Below are positions 7,705-16,897 of a stretch of 32,000 nt of DNA, piece by piece (the first letter of the stretch is position 1; each line of letters starts with the position of its first letter). The notes under the pieces are model-generated. The model was not told the origin of the DNA and ran no database searches. It saw only the letters and a program-made list of their open reading frames with translations. Source of the DNA: Aeropyrum pernix K1 (GTDB taxonomy: Archaea > Thermoproteota > Thermoprotei_A > Sulfolobales > Acidilobaceae); NCBI RefSeq assembly GCF_000011125.1, contig NC_000854.2, forward strand, positions 1,230,001 through 1,262,000. The letters are read 5' to 3'. A program made the position numbers and the translations under genes.

Positions 7705-8565
7705 TCATTTCTTCCCCGCATGCTGTTTGTAGTGCTTCTTTATTTCGCCCAAATCTGGGGAGGCGGGGGGTGACCGCTTGTGGCTGCTGGCTTCGTGGAG
7801 TAGCCGGACCCTCTCTACCTTAGCTCTCTCTAACCCCGTTGCACGGGGTATTTCTTCCCAGGGGATCTTCAGGTCGAACCTCGAGTACAGAATTACGTCT
7901 ATCTCGTTGTATGATAGGCCAAGCTCGGCTTCAGCCTCATGACCTTTCCAGAGTCTTGGGCTGCTGGGCTTGTAAGCGATGTCCCTAGGTACACCTATTA
8001 GCTCAGCCAACCTTCTAACCTGGGATTTGTAGAGGACTGTGAGCGGTGCCACATCGCAGGCAGCATCGCCGTATTTAGTAAAATAGCCTATGAGATACTC
8101 GCTCCTATCACCCGTGCCCAGGACAAGCTTGCCCAGCTTGTTAGCATAGTAGTAGAGTATGTTCGCGCGTATTCTTGCCCTGAGGTTTCCTACCGGGACT
8201 CTATCCTTCTCTTCATCCTCGAAAATTGGAAGAGCCGAAATATACACCATTACTATAGGTGAAATATCTATTACAGCATGCTCAACCCCGAAGCTCCGGA
8301 CAAGCCTTAAAGCGTCCTCCACATCCCTCTCCGGAGTAACCTCCCTATCGGGCATTATAAGGGCCGTAACCCTACCGCTTCCAACAGCGTCCACCGCAAG
8401 GGCTAGTGCAAGACTTGAGTCAACACCCCCGCTCACACCCAACACATAGCCTGAGGCGCCCGAGGCCTCAAGGTATTTCCTGAGAAACTGTGTTATTGCC
8501 TGTCTTACACCATTATAATCTATGTCAACAACATCGTCTAAACTAACCTTATAATTAACAGCCAA
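7705..8565 (-). CDS. nadE: NH3-dependent NAD+ synthetase
   Basis: 286 aa. The SGGVDSS PP-loop lies within GVSGGVDSSLALALAV, and similarity to NadE runs the full length. TTG start. Confidence 0.9.
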   Translation of the reverse strand: MAVNYKVSLDDVVDIDYNGVRQAITQFLRKYLEASGASGYVLGVSGGVDSSLALALAVDAVGSGRVTALIMPDREVTPERDVEDALRLVRSFGVEHAVIDISPIVMVYISALPIFEDEEKDRVPVGNLRARIRANILYYYANKLGKLVLGTGDRSEYLIGYFTKYGDAACDVAPLTVLYKSQVRRLAELIGVPRDIAYKPSSPRLWKGHEAEAELGLSYNEIDVILYSRFDLKIPWEEIPRATGLERAKVERVRLLHEASSHKRSPPASPDLGEIKKHYKQHAGKK

Positions 8566-8644
8566 ACCCCCACACCAATTGGAGTGTTGTAGAGCGGAGG
8601 CAGGTAAAAGAGAAGGCTGCCACGTATCCTTACTTTAGACTCCG

Positions 8645-9856
8645 CTATCTCGATAGCAGCTTTGCTATCTCATCCGCTATAACTGCGGCGACAATCTCCT
8701 TGTGGAAGGAGCCCTTTAACACAGCCTCCCCACTCTTATCAAGCATAAGAACGTCTAGAAGAGGGCTGGCGAACCCTACACCTTCGACACCCACTCTGTT
8801 AGCCACCACCAGGTCTGCATCATACTTCTCCATCTTCTCCAAAGCAGGGTCCCGCAGGCTGTCCAAATTATCCACATACTCTGCTGCAAATGCCACCAGA
8901 ACCTTCGGCCTCCTAGCTATACCCTCTAAGACCTTGGGTGTCGGCTCAAGCTCGAGAACCAGCCGCTGGCCGCTCCTTATCTTGCCCTCGAAAGCCCCGG
9001 CTGGCCTGAAGTCTACCGGGGCAGCCGCTGCAACCACAGCGTCATACTCCCTCTTGCTTGTCAGCTCCTCAACCGCAGCCGCCATATCTTCGGTAGTCTC
9101 CGTCTTCACAGTGTTAAACAGGTGAGGTATCTCAACACTTGTATACCCTGCCACCACATCGACCTCGGCGCCCCTGGCATAGAGTTCAAGAGCCGCCTCA
9201 AGACCCATGACTCCGCTACTGGGATTGGATATAAACCGGACCCTGTCAATCCACTCTCTCGTGGAGCCGAGAGTCACGAGCGCCCTAATGCCTTCGAGGT
9301 CGCGGAGGCCCTTCCTAGCCTGAGCAGCTGTTATCCTTCCCACAGCATGAGTATCAGGATACTTCGCCACTCCCCCCTCAATCTTGGGGTCAACAACTAG
9401 CACTCCCTGGCTTCTGAGCCTATCTACAACTTCCCTAGCCTGGGGGCTCTCATACATGTTGCCATGCATCGCCGGGACAGCAATAACAGGCTTACCATAC
9501 CCCATTATCGACACGGCAGCTAGAGCCACAGGATTATCAACTACCCCATGCGCGATCTTAGCCAGGGTGGAGAGTGTAGCCGGAGCCACAACCATGGCGG
9601 AGGCGGCTCTGGCTATTGATATGTGCTCGACCCCCCCGGTGAACCCGGTGTATACAGGCCCGCCAGAAGCCCAATGGAACATCTCCGGCGATACTAGCTT
9701 AGCGGCCTCCGGCGTCATAACAGTTATTACCCTAGCACCCCTTCTCAGCAGCCAGCGAGCCAGGTCTAGCGAGCGGTAGAGGGCGACGCTAGCCGTCACA
9801 CCCAGGACTATCGTCTTTCCTTCAATATAGTTGTTGACCTCCGACAGGATGTCCAT
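8645..9856 (-). CDS. coaBC: bifunctional phosphopantothenoylcysteine decarboxylase / phosphopantothenate-cysteine ligase
   Basis: Flavoprotein N-domain (KTIVLGVTASVALYRSLDLARWL) plus a DFP C-domain. The ORF is open to 9958, but ATG 9856 (MDILSE...) avoids overlap with the upstream reductase. Confidence 0.85.
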   Translation of the reverse strand: MDILSEVNNYIEGKTIVLGVTASVALYRSLDLARWLLRRGARVITVMTPEAAKLVSPEMFHWASGGPVYTGFTGGVEHISIARAASAMVVAPATLSTLAKIAHGVVDNPVALAAVSIMGYGKPVIAVPAMHGNMYESPQAREVVDRLRSQGVLVVDPKIEGGVAKYPDTHAVGRITAAQARKGLRDLEGIRALVTLGSTREWIDRVRFISNPSSGVMGLEAALELYARGAEVDVVAGYTSVEIPHLFNTVKTETTEDMAAAVEELTSKREYDAVVAAAAPVDFRPAGAFEGKIRSGQRLVLELEPTPKVLEGIARRPKVLVAFAAEYVDNLDSLRDPALEKMEKYDADLVVANRVGVEGVGFASPLLDVLMLDKSGEAVLKGSFHKEIVAAVIADEIAKLLSR

Positions 9857-9909
9857 GGAAGGATGTGTAACATAGTCGCTCAAATTCAGGCCACCTCTAC
9901 GGGCGGTGT

Positions 9910-10782
9910 TTACAGCTTCTCCTCTATAAGCTCTATATCCTCGGGCTTCAGCCTCCACCCCAATGAGCCTAGAATCTCGTCGACATGCTCCCTCCTCTCG
10001 GCCTTCGGTATCGCTATGAAGTTTGGACGCGACACTATGAAGTTAAGTGCCACCTGAACGGGCGTCTTGCCGTATTGTCTACCTATCTTAGCCAGAAGCC
10101 TAACCTCGGCTACATGACCCCTCTCCAGAGGCGAGTAAGCCTCGAGGAGTATAGACTTCTCCACGGCCAGGGGGATTAGCTCCTCGGCGCGCCTGTCGAG
10201 CACGCTGTACTTAACCTGGTTAACCACTATCTCGTGCTTTTTAGTAGCGGTAAGAGCCTCCTCAAGCTGTTCCTTAGAGAAGTTGCTCACACCAATATAG
10301 CGTGCTAGACCAGCCTCTGCTATGGCCTCTAGACTTTTAACCTGGTCTTTAATGGGCGTCTGTGGGTCTGGCCAGTGTATAAGGATTATGTCTACGTAGC
10401 TAACCCCCATCCTCTCGGCGCTGGCCCGCGCAGCCTTCACAGCCTCGTCGGGGTCTCTAAACCTGAAGGGATAGAGCTTGGTGACAACATAAACTCTATC
10501 CCTGCCAACACTCCTTAGCACCTTGCCCACGAACCTCTCGGCCTCGCCAGCCCCGTACATCTCAGCCGTGTCTATGTGGTTTATACCCCTCTCTATCGCG
10601 TAGACATAGGATTCCAGCGCCGAGGAATAATCCCTGATAGCCCAGGTGCCCAGGCCAACTGCTGAGAGCCGCTCCTTCGTCTTGCCGATTGGTTTGAAGT
10701 CGTTGTAGTCGATAGGGAAAAGCGGCATGACCGCAACCCCAAGTATAATTCGGGTCTCAGTGAACGGTTTTATCGGTAACAA
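9910..10782 (-). CDS. aldo/keto reductase
   Basis: 290 aa. GLGTW...DTAEMYG...HWPD...GVSNF are AKR signature blocks. Alternative ATG at 10728. Confidence 0.85.
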   Translation of the reverse strand: MLPIKPFTETRIILGVAVMPLFPIDYNDFKPIGKTKERLSAVGLGTWAIRDYSSALESYVYAIERGINHIDTAEMYGAGEAERFVGKVLRSVGRDRVYVVTKLYPFRFRDPDEAVKAARASAERMGVSYVDIILIHWPDPQTPIKDQVKSLEAIAEAGLARYIGVSNFSKEQLEEALTATKKHEIVVNQVKYSVLDRRAEELIPLAVEKSILLEAYSPLERGHVAEVRLLAKIGRQYGKTPVQVALNFIVSRPNFIAIPKAERREHVDEILGSLGWRLKPEDIELIEEKL

Positions 10783-10797
10783 GAATATAGTGTTAAC

Positions 10798-12129
10798 TTG
10801 GTGGACGGCTTGAAAGAGCTTGACCTTTCAGACCCCCTATCCATGGTCCTTAAGATAGCAGAGCTGACGACGAGGCATAACGTTTGGAGGCTCAGGGAGT
10901 CTATAAATCTCATAGCCTCTGAAAACGTTATGAGTCTCACAGCTCTCAAGGCATATTTAAGCGACTTCATGTTCAGATACGCAGAAGGTAAGCCATTTAA
11001 GAGATACTACCAGGGAACCCGCTATATTGACGAGCTAGAGGTGCTCACCGGAGAGTTAATGGGTAGCATGATGGGTACTAATCTAGTGGAGCTCAGGCCT
11101 GTGAGCGGTACAATAGCAAACGCAAGCGTCTTCAGGGTACTGGCTGAGCCTGGGGACAAGGCTGTCATAGCCCCGGTGCAGGCCGGAGCCCACGTAAGCC
11201 ACACAAAGTTCGGCACACTGGGTGCTCTAGGTATAGAGCAGGTCTCGATGCCCTACGATGAGGAGAACATGAATGTCGATGTTGACAAGGCTGTGAAGCT
11301 CATAGAGGAGGTCAAGCCGAGGTTCGCTGTCCTAGGTGGCAGCGTCTACATCTTCCCACACCCCACCAGGGAGATAGCAGAGGCTATACACAGCGTCGGA
11401 GGCAAGCTAATCTACGACGCAGCCCACGTGCTGGGGCTAATAATGGGTGGGGCCTGGCCCAACCCCCTGGAAAGGGGGGCTGACGCGGTTACAGGCTCTA
11501 CACACAAAACCTTCCCAGGACCACAGGGCGGGGCAGTGTTCTTCAGGGACGAGCAACTCTACAAGAAGGTCTCGAAAACCATCTTCCCCTGGTGGGTAAG
11601 CAACCACCACCTACATAGGATACCCGCCACTGCTATAACCGCTGTGGAGATGAAGCTCTACGGGAGGGACTACGCATCCCAGGTTACAAGCAATGCCAGG
11701 AAACTGGCCGAAGCCCTAGCCGCTGAAGGGCTAAAGGTTATAGGCGAGCACCTAGGATACACCAGGAGCCACCAAGTCGTAGTGGATGTAAGGGATCTAG
11801 GGGGAGGGGCCAAGTGCGCCAGTTTACTAGAAGAGTCTAACATAATAGTGAACAAGAACCTACTCCCATGGGATCCCCCCGAGGCTGTCAAAGACCCGAG
11901 CGGAATCAGGATAGGGGTTCAAGAGGTCACAAGGCTAGGTATGAAGCATGGGGAGATGGAGGAGATAGCCAAACTTATACGCAAGGTTCTCATTGACAAA
12001 GAGGACCCGAAGAAGGTGGCAGAACAGGTGAAGGAATTCAGAAAACAGTTCATGAAAATACACTACAGCCTCGACGACAAGGATGTTAGGATAGACACTA
12101 TAGCAGACATACTTAGCCTGGCCCAGTAG
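10798..12129 (+). CDS. glyA: serine hydroxymethyltransferase
   Basis: 443 aa. LIASEN near the N-terminus and the PLP-lysine block [16 protein letters not shown] start. Confidence 0.9.
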   Translation: MVDGLKELDLSDPLSMVLKIAELTTRHNVWRLRESINLIASENVMSLTALKAYLSDFMFRYAEGKPFKRYYQGTRYIDELEVLTGELMGSMMGTNLVELRPVSGTIANASVFRVLAEPGDKAVIAPVQAGAHVSHTKFGTLGALGIEQVSMPYDEENMNVDVDKAVKLIEEVKPRFAVLGGSVYIFPHPTREIAEAIHSVGGKLIYDAAHVLGLIMGGAWPNPLERGADAVTGSTHKTFPGPQGGAVFFRDEQLYKKVSKTIFPWWVSNHHLHRIPATAITAVEMKLYGRDYASQVTSNARKLAEALAAEGLKVIGEHLGYTRSHQVVVDVRDLGGGAKCASLLEESNIIVNKNLLPWDPPEAVKDPSGIRIGVQEVTRLGMKHGEMEEIAKLIRKVLIDKEDPKKVAEQVKEFRKQFMKIHYSLDDKDVRIDTIADILSLAQ

Positions 12130-12202
12130 CCGATGTTGAAGCCTAAGAGGGGAGCCCAGGTAGAAACGGGGAAAAGACCCCTATTCGGAATACATTATCC
12201 TC

Positions 12203-12282
12203 GGGGGCTGCGCCGGCCCGTGGGACCAGCCCGTGGCTCGGGTGGGGATGACCAACGGGTACTAGGCCCCCCACACGCTTTT
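12203..12282 (+). ncRNA. candidate H/ACA-type guide sRNA (kink-turn hairpin + ACA + oligo-T)
   Basis: Hand fold. The lower stem pairs 12203-12209 with 12265-12271. The upper stem pairs 12217-12223 with 12252-12259. Tandem sheared pairs are G12224.A12251 and A12225.G12250, with a 3-nt bulge GAU at 12247-12249. The distal stem pairs 12226-12232 with 12240-12246 and has a 7-nt loop. ACA is at 12273-12275 and TTTT at 12279-12282. Confidence 0.35.
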
Positions 12283-12436
12283 ACAACTAGTCCTTCAGGC
12301 TTTGGGAGCAACCCACATGTTTTCTATTAAGTGATAATAGTAAACCACTGCAGGCTTCTCAGTCTGCTTTCCCTATCCTCTACCTCCATAGACGGGTTAG
12401 ACGCGGTACATCTGAATATCTAAATAGAACCTAGGC

Positions 12437-13636
12437 GTGATGTTTTCTTTAGGTGGACCCCGTTTGGTTGACTTTGTTTTCCCCCGTAGGATAGTGTATA
12501 ATGAGAGCCTCCCTAGGGCTCTTGAGACGCTTCTAGGGGATAAGGGTGTTAAACATGTCCTAGTGGTTACTGACGGTAAAGTCGCAGCTATGAGCTGGTT
12601 TAAAGAAGCGGTTGAGCATGTAGCCAGTCTCGGTGTAGAAGTGTGTATCTTTGACGGTGTTACCCCTGAGCCGGAGTTTGATGTGGGAGACGCTATAGCA
12701 TCGGAGGCTAGGAGGTGCCGGGCTGAGGCTATAGTGGCTGTGGGTGGAGGCAGTGTAATAGACGCGGCTAAGGCTGGGTTTGTGAAGTTTGTCAGGCCTG
12801 ATGCCGACCTGGAGGGCCTAGCGCCCTTCAACTACCTAGGCCTTGAAGACTCTGGCATAGTACTGGTAGCTGTTCCCACGACGAGCGGTACTGGCAGCGA
12901 CGCCAGCTATGGTATAGTCCTCACAAAGCGGGTTAACGGTGGTAGAGAGAAGATTGCTGTGGGCAGCTACGAGGTAGTACCCTACGCCTCAATACTCGAC
13001 CCCTCAATAACACTTGGCATGCCGGAAAGATTGACCGTAGGTACGGCTGTTGACGCGCTGGCTCACAGTGTGGAGGCTATAGCCTCCACAAACGCCAACC
13101 CGCTCTCCGACGCTTTAGCGGCTAAGGCGGCTGAGATAGTCTTCAGGAGGCTGCCAGAGGTTGTGAATGACCCAGGCAACTATGATGCTAGGGCTGAGAT
13201 GCATATCGCAGCCACAATGGCTGGTATGGCGTTCACAAACTCCGGCCTCGGCCTAGCCCACGCGATAGCACACCCCCTCGGCGCGAGGCTTGGAACGCAC
13301 CATGGAGCCACAGTGGGTATGGTTCTCCCCCATGTGGTCAGGTTCAACGAGTCAAGGAGTGACTATGCGAGGAGGAAGTATTGGGAGCTAAAGCTACTGC
13401 TCGAGTCCCTACTTGGCCTTGAAGAAAGGGGGAGCCTAGCCGACCATATAGAAGAATTATATGCCAGGGTGGGGCAGCCCACGAGGGTTAGAGAGCTTGC
13501 GGGTATTGAGAGGGAAAGATATCTTACCTTGGCCGACGAGGTTGCAGAAGCCGCCTTCAGAGACCCGGAACTGGCCTTCAACCCTGTTATGCCAACTATG
13601 GAAGATGTAAAAACGCTACTGTACAATATGTATTAA
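12437..13636 (+). CDS. iron-containing alcohol dehydrogenase family protein
   Basis: 399 aa. The GGGSVIDAAK motif, conserved His clusters (HSVEAI, HAIAHPLG...HG) and the overall Fe-ADH layout. GTG 12437 or ATG 12440. Confidence 0.85.
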   Translation: MMFSLGGPRLVDFVFPRRIVYNESLPRALETLLGDKGVKHVLVVTDGKVAAMSWFKEAVEHVASLGVEVCIFDGVTPEPEFDVGDAIASEARRCRAEAIVAVGGGSVIDAAKAGFVKFVRPDADLEGLAPFNYLGLEDSGIVLVAVPTTSGTGSDASYGIVLTKRVNGGREKIAVGSYEVVPYASILDPSITLGMPERLTVGTAVDALAHSVEAIASTNANPLSDALAAKAAEIVFRRLPEVVNDPGNYDARAEMHIAATMAGMAFTNSGLGLAHAIAHPLGARLGTHHGATVGMVLPHVVRFNESRSDYARRKYWELKLLLESLLGLEERGSLADHIEELYARVGQPTRVRELAGIERERYLTLADEVAEAAFRDPELAFNPVMPTMEDVKTLLYNMY

Positions 13637-13661
13637 TGCCTGCTTGTAAGCCCAGCTTCGG

Positions 13662-14072
13662 GTGGACGCGATGGTTCAGCCCAGGTTTCCAAGCAAAGAG
13701 TGGGCGGAGGAGTTCTGCAAAACACTAGACTCATCGGAAAAGTATAGGAGCGCCGCCAAAGGCTGGGTGCACCCCATACTATTCAAGATAAGCGATGGAG
13801 GTCAGGGGTTTATACTTGACCTCAAGGACGGTAGGTGCCTTGGCGTCCAGTGGTTTGACGATACCAGTAGAGCTGACGCGCCAGTTATAATTTCAGGGAG
13901 GCTTAGCGACTGGCTGGACGTGATAAACGGTAAGGTTAACCCGTTAACAGCCCTCCTAACGAGAAGGCTCAGAATAGAGAAGGGAGACCTCTCCCTAATA
14001 CTCCGCTACTCAGCCGCCGCTGTAGCTATGGTGTCCGCAGCGCAGAGGGTGGGAGTGTCTGGCCAGCAATAG
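13662..14072 (+). CDS. SCP2 sterol-carrier-like domain protein
   Basis: 136 aa. The C-terminal half reads ISGRLSDWLDVINGKVNPLTALLTRRLRIEKGDLSLILRY, which matches the SCP2 pattern. It lies 25 nt downstream of the ADH gene. Confidence 0.7.
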   Translation: MDAMVQPRFPSKEWAEEFCKTLDSSEKYRSAAKGWVHPILFKISDGGQGFILDLKDGRCLGVQWFDDTSRADAPVIISGRLSDWLDVINGKVNPLTALLTRRLRIEKGDLSLILRYSAAAVAMVSAAQRVGVSGQQ

Positions 14073-14182
14073 CTTAACCCTAGAGGACAAAGGGTCGCCG
14101 GCCTAAAGCCTCATCACATATTCAGTAGAGGCCGAGACTAGCCCGCTCATCCCGAATTGTAAAATAGATGATGTGTAAAACC

Positions 14183-14557
14183 CTATATAGAGCTGTCGAG
14201 GGCCTTATTGCCGCACAGCCTCGAGACAACGCCTCTGACAGCGGCTAAGCTTCCTCTGAGCGAGCTACCAATAGCGTCGTTCTCATCCATCCCAATCATC
14301 CTCATATTGACTAGCCTCTCCACCTCGCACGCCTCATTGGAAGCCGATATGAGCCTCCCTTCCTCGAGCTTCTCGGCTATGCTCTTCAGCCCCTCCCTTA
14401 TATAGGCGAATGTGAAGATCCACTTATCAACCTGCTCCGAATACTGGCTGCCCAACCTGCGTTTGAGCCTCTCAAGCTTTATTATAACGTCCTCCACAAC
14501 ATCCATCAACGCCTCCACCTCAACAGAAGTAATCCCAGCCACCACTACAGCCAGCAC
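14183..14557 (-). CDS. hypothetical all-helical protein
   Basis: 124-aa ORF (GTG 14557, alternative ATG 14506). Helical with no diagnostic motif and no RxxxxH. Confidence 0.5.
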   Translation of the reverse strand: MLAVVVAGITSVEVEALMDVVEDVIIKLERLKRRLGSQYSEQVDKWIFTFAYIREGLKSIAEKLEEGRLISASNEACEVERLVNMRMIGMDENDAIGSSLRGSLAAVRGVVSRLCGNKALDSSI

Positions 14558-14723
14558 CTCCTCCAGCCGCGTGCACCTACAAGGGGGCAGGTGCGGCTGG
14601 CTACCCTCAAGGAGATCGATTCCACCGTTTTGTGCTAATAACGTGGAAGGGAGGGTTAGGCCTAGGTATAGGCTAAAAATCCCGGGAAACTGAAGTTGTC
14701 GACCTCCTGCTTAGGAGCCGCGG

Positions 14724-15053
14724 CTACATTAGGAGGAAGACTTGGTTAACCAGGTCCTGGAAGTCCCTCGGCAGAACCTTTCTCCGGCGCGTATATGTGT
14801 CGTAAGCGTTCTCAAGGAACTTTATGAATATCGGACAGTTCTCATACCTGCCCTCACGATCACACTTTCCAAGGCCGCCCACGACGGTGGGATATAGTAG
14901 ACACTGTCCTGTCTTCTTATCGAAGTACGGGCATAGCTTGTGATACCTCCTAGCACTCTTAATCATCTTCACGACCCACTGCTTCTTGGGGGACTCCTCC
15001 CCCTTCTCGACCCCCTCGAACTCCTCCTGGCCAGCGCCAGACCCGCTTGCCAT
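14724..15053 (-). CDS. small 4-Cys protein (paralog of 25428-25667)
   Basis: 109 aa. Cysteine pattern C-x9-C-x12-KC-x8-CPIF. ATG start with TATA-like sequence about 30 nt upstream. Confidence 0.6.
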   Translation of the reverse strand: MASGSGAGQEEFEGVEKGEESPKKQWVVKMIKSARRYHKLCPYFDKKTGQCLLYPTVVGGLGKCDREGRYENCPIFIKFLENAYDTYTRRRKVLPRDFQDLVNQVFLLM

Positions 15054-15178
15054 GCTAGCCCCACCCCCTACACCCTACTCGTCTAATACACTATCCTCCA
15101 GTCGAAATATCAATTATTTCGTTACACCCTATTACAAAATAGAGTGTTAAACCAGTCCAAGCCCGGCTGGACCGAGGT

Positions 15179-15775
15179 TTATAGGGCTAGTAGTAGTATC
15201 GAAGATGCTATCATAACCGCCCACCAAGTAGGGGTTGCCCTGAATATCTTGCTTCCGTCAAGCGGGGGCACCGGCAACAGGTTGAAGAAGGCGAACCACG
15301 CATTCACATCCACAACAGCCCTCAGGTAGGCTACCAGCGTTGCTGGTGCAAACTGCAGCGCAACGGCGGCTGCAAGGGCTAGGGCAATATTCACTGCAGG
15401 TCCTGCCGCCACAGAGTATAGAAAGCCCTTTGGATGCGCCCAGCCCGTATGGATACTTCTCACATAGCCCGGCGCCAAAACTATTATGAACGGTACTAGC
15501 CCGGAGAGGAAAGTTATCAGCAGGCCGGGCCCGTAGGCTATGAACTCCGACTTCATACCCATCCTTATAGCCACCAGCTTGTGGGCCGCCTCATGCAGCA
15601 CGAACCCAAGGAACACGGCCACAAAGTCTGGTGAGACGAAGAACCTGGGGCTCAGGACCTCCCAGCTGCCCCAAGCGAAAGCCACTGCAGCAAGCCCTAG
15701 TATCCATGAAACAGGCTCCTCTACCTCCACGTTAACTATCCTATCAAAACTTCTAAAGCCGCCACCATAGCCCAA
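15179..15775 (-). CDS. membrane zinc metalloprotease, M50 / site-2 protease family
   Basis: 198 aa with multiple TM segments. HEAAH (HExxH) and FFNLLPVPPLDGSKI (NxxPxxxLDG) motifs. Confidence 0.8.
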   Translation of the reverse strand: MGYGGGFRSFDRIVNVEVEEPVSWILGLAAVAFAWGSWEVLSPRFFVSPDFVAVFLGFVLHEAAHKLVAIRMGMKSEFIAYGPGLLITFLSGLVPFIIVLAPGYVRSIHTGWAHPKGFLYSVAAGPAVNIALALAAAVALQFAPATLVAYLRAVVDVNAWFAFFNLLPVPPLDGSKIFRATPTWWAVMIASSILLLAL

Positions 15776-15915
15776 GCCACCGTCACCCCCAAGGCATCAG
15801 GCTAAATCCAGCACCCGACACGCAAGCCAGAGGGCCAGCCGCCATGCCCGCAAACGTTCTTTATACACTGTATTGTGTATTTTACCCCTGCTCTCTATCC
15901 TTGTCTGCAGCAGGT

Positions 15916-16866
15916 TTAACCTAGCATCACTACAGTGCCAGCCTGGAGAGAGAGGACCTGGCGGGCCTCTTCAAGGCTGCCTATTACAGCAGGTTTTCCA
16001 GTACGCTCGACGAAGCTTATTGCAGCTTCAACTTTGGGCCCCATACTACCCGGCGGGAAGTGACCCTCCCTAAGGTACTTCTTCAACTCGCTCGCAGCAG
16101 CCCTTCTCAGCCACCTCTCACCTTCCCTACCATAGTTAACCGCCACCCCGGGGACGTCAGTCAGTATCACCAGAAGATCCGCGTTGAGCTGGGTTGCGAG
16201 AAGGCTTGAGGCTAAGTCCTTATCCACGACTGCCTCAACAGGCTCCAGCACGCCGCCAGGGCGCTCCACCACTGGCACGCCGCCTCCCCCCAGAGCCACA
16301 ACCGCCGGCGACTCGGCACTAGCCTCGGCTATAAGGTCTCTGTCAACTATTGACACCGGCCTGGGGCTGGGTACTACCCTCCTGAAGCCGCCGCGAGGGT
16401 CTCTCTTAAACACCCAGCCATACCTTCTTGAGAGTTCCTCCGCCTCTTCCCTGCCGTAGATCGGCCCTACGGGTTTAGACGGGTTGTTGAAGGAGGGGTC
16501 GCTAACATCGACCAGAACTCTTGATATCACGACTGGCACCAGCACATTCAAACCTCGCCTCCTCAGCTCCTCCTCGAGGGAATGTTTGAGAAGGAGGCCT
16601 ATCCAAGCCTGCGTCATGGCTGTGGCTATGTAGAGGGGCTGCCTAGGCCTTTCGGGAGGAAGAGCCTCGAAAGCCTCAGACAGATACCCGACCTGCGGTC
16701 CGTTGCCATGCGTTATAACAGACCGCCACCCGTCCGCCAGAACGTCGGCTATGATGGAGGAAGCCCTCTTAACCGCGGCCGTCTGGCTCTCCACACTCAC
16801 ATCCATACCGGGGCCGGCGATGGCGTTGCCGCCCAGCGCTATAACGGCAAGCCTACCACTATCCAC
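15916..16866 (-). CDS. arcC: carbamate kinase
   Basis: 316 aa. LAVIALGGNAI and ITHGNGPQVG signature blocks, with carbamate-kinase layout over the full length. Confidence 0.9.
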   Translation of the reverse strand: MDSGRLAVIALGGNAIAGPGMDVSVESQTAAVKRASSIIADVLADGWRSVITHGNGPQVGYLSEAFEALPPERPRQPLYIATAMTQAWIGLLLKHSLEEELRRRGLNVLVPVVISRVLVDVSDPSFNNPSKPVGPIYGREEAEELSRRYGWVFKRDPRGGFRRVVPSPRPVSIVDRDLIAEASAESPAVVALGGGGVPVVERPGGVLEPVEAVVDKDLASSLLATQLNADLLVILTDVPGVAVNYGREGERWLRRAAASELKKYLREGHFPPGSMGPKVEAAISFVERTGKPAVIGSLEEARQVLSLQAGTVVMLG

Positions 16867-16897
16867 AGGGGCCCACCTAGCCCGGCTCCCTTTTGGC

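Noticed and set aside
9857-9958. Longer N-terminus of coaBC
   Set aside because: It would overlap the 3' end of the aldo/keto reductase gene by 49 nt and adds non-conserved Arg/Gly-rich sequence. ATG 9856 precedes the flavoprotein fold directly.
12296-12312. SRP-RNA helix-8-like string CAGGC...GGGAGCAAC in a ~300-nt spacer
   Set aside because: The GNAR tetraloop and its 3-bp stem (CAGGCCCGGAAGGGAGCAAC in the consensus as I recall it) are missing. I could find no helix 6 or Alu-domain features.
12133-12330. 65-aa ORF in the glyA-ADH spacer
   Set aside because: The translation is Gly/Pro/Arg-rich and low-complexity. The ORF overlaps the much better explained kink-turn hairpin, and no promoter spacing supports it.
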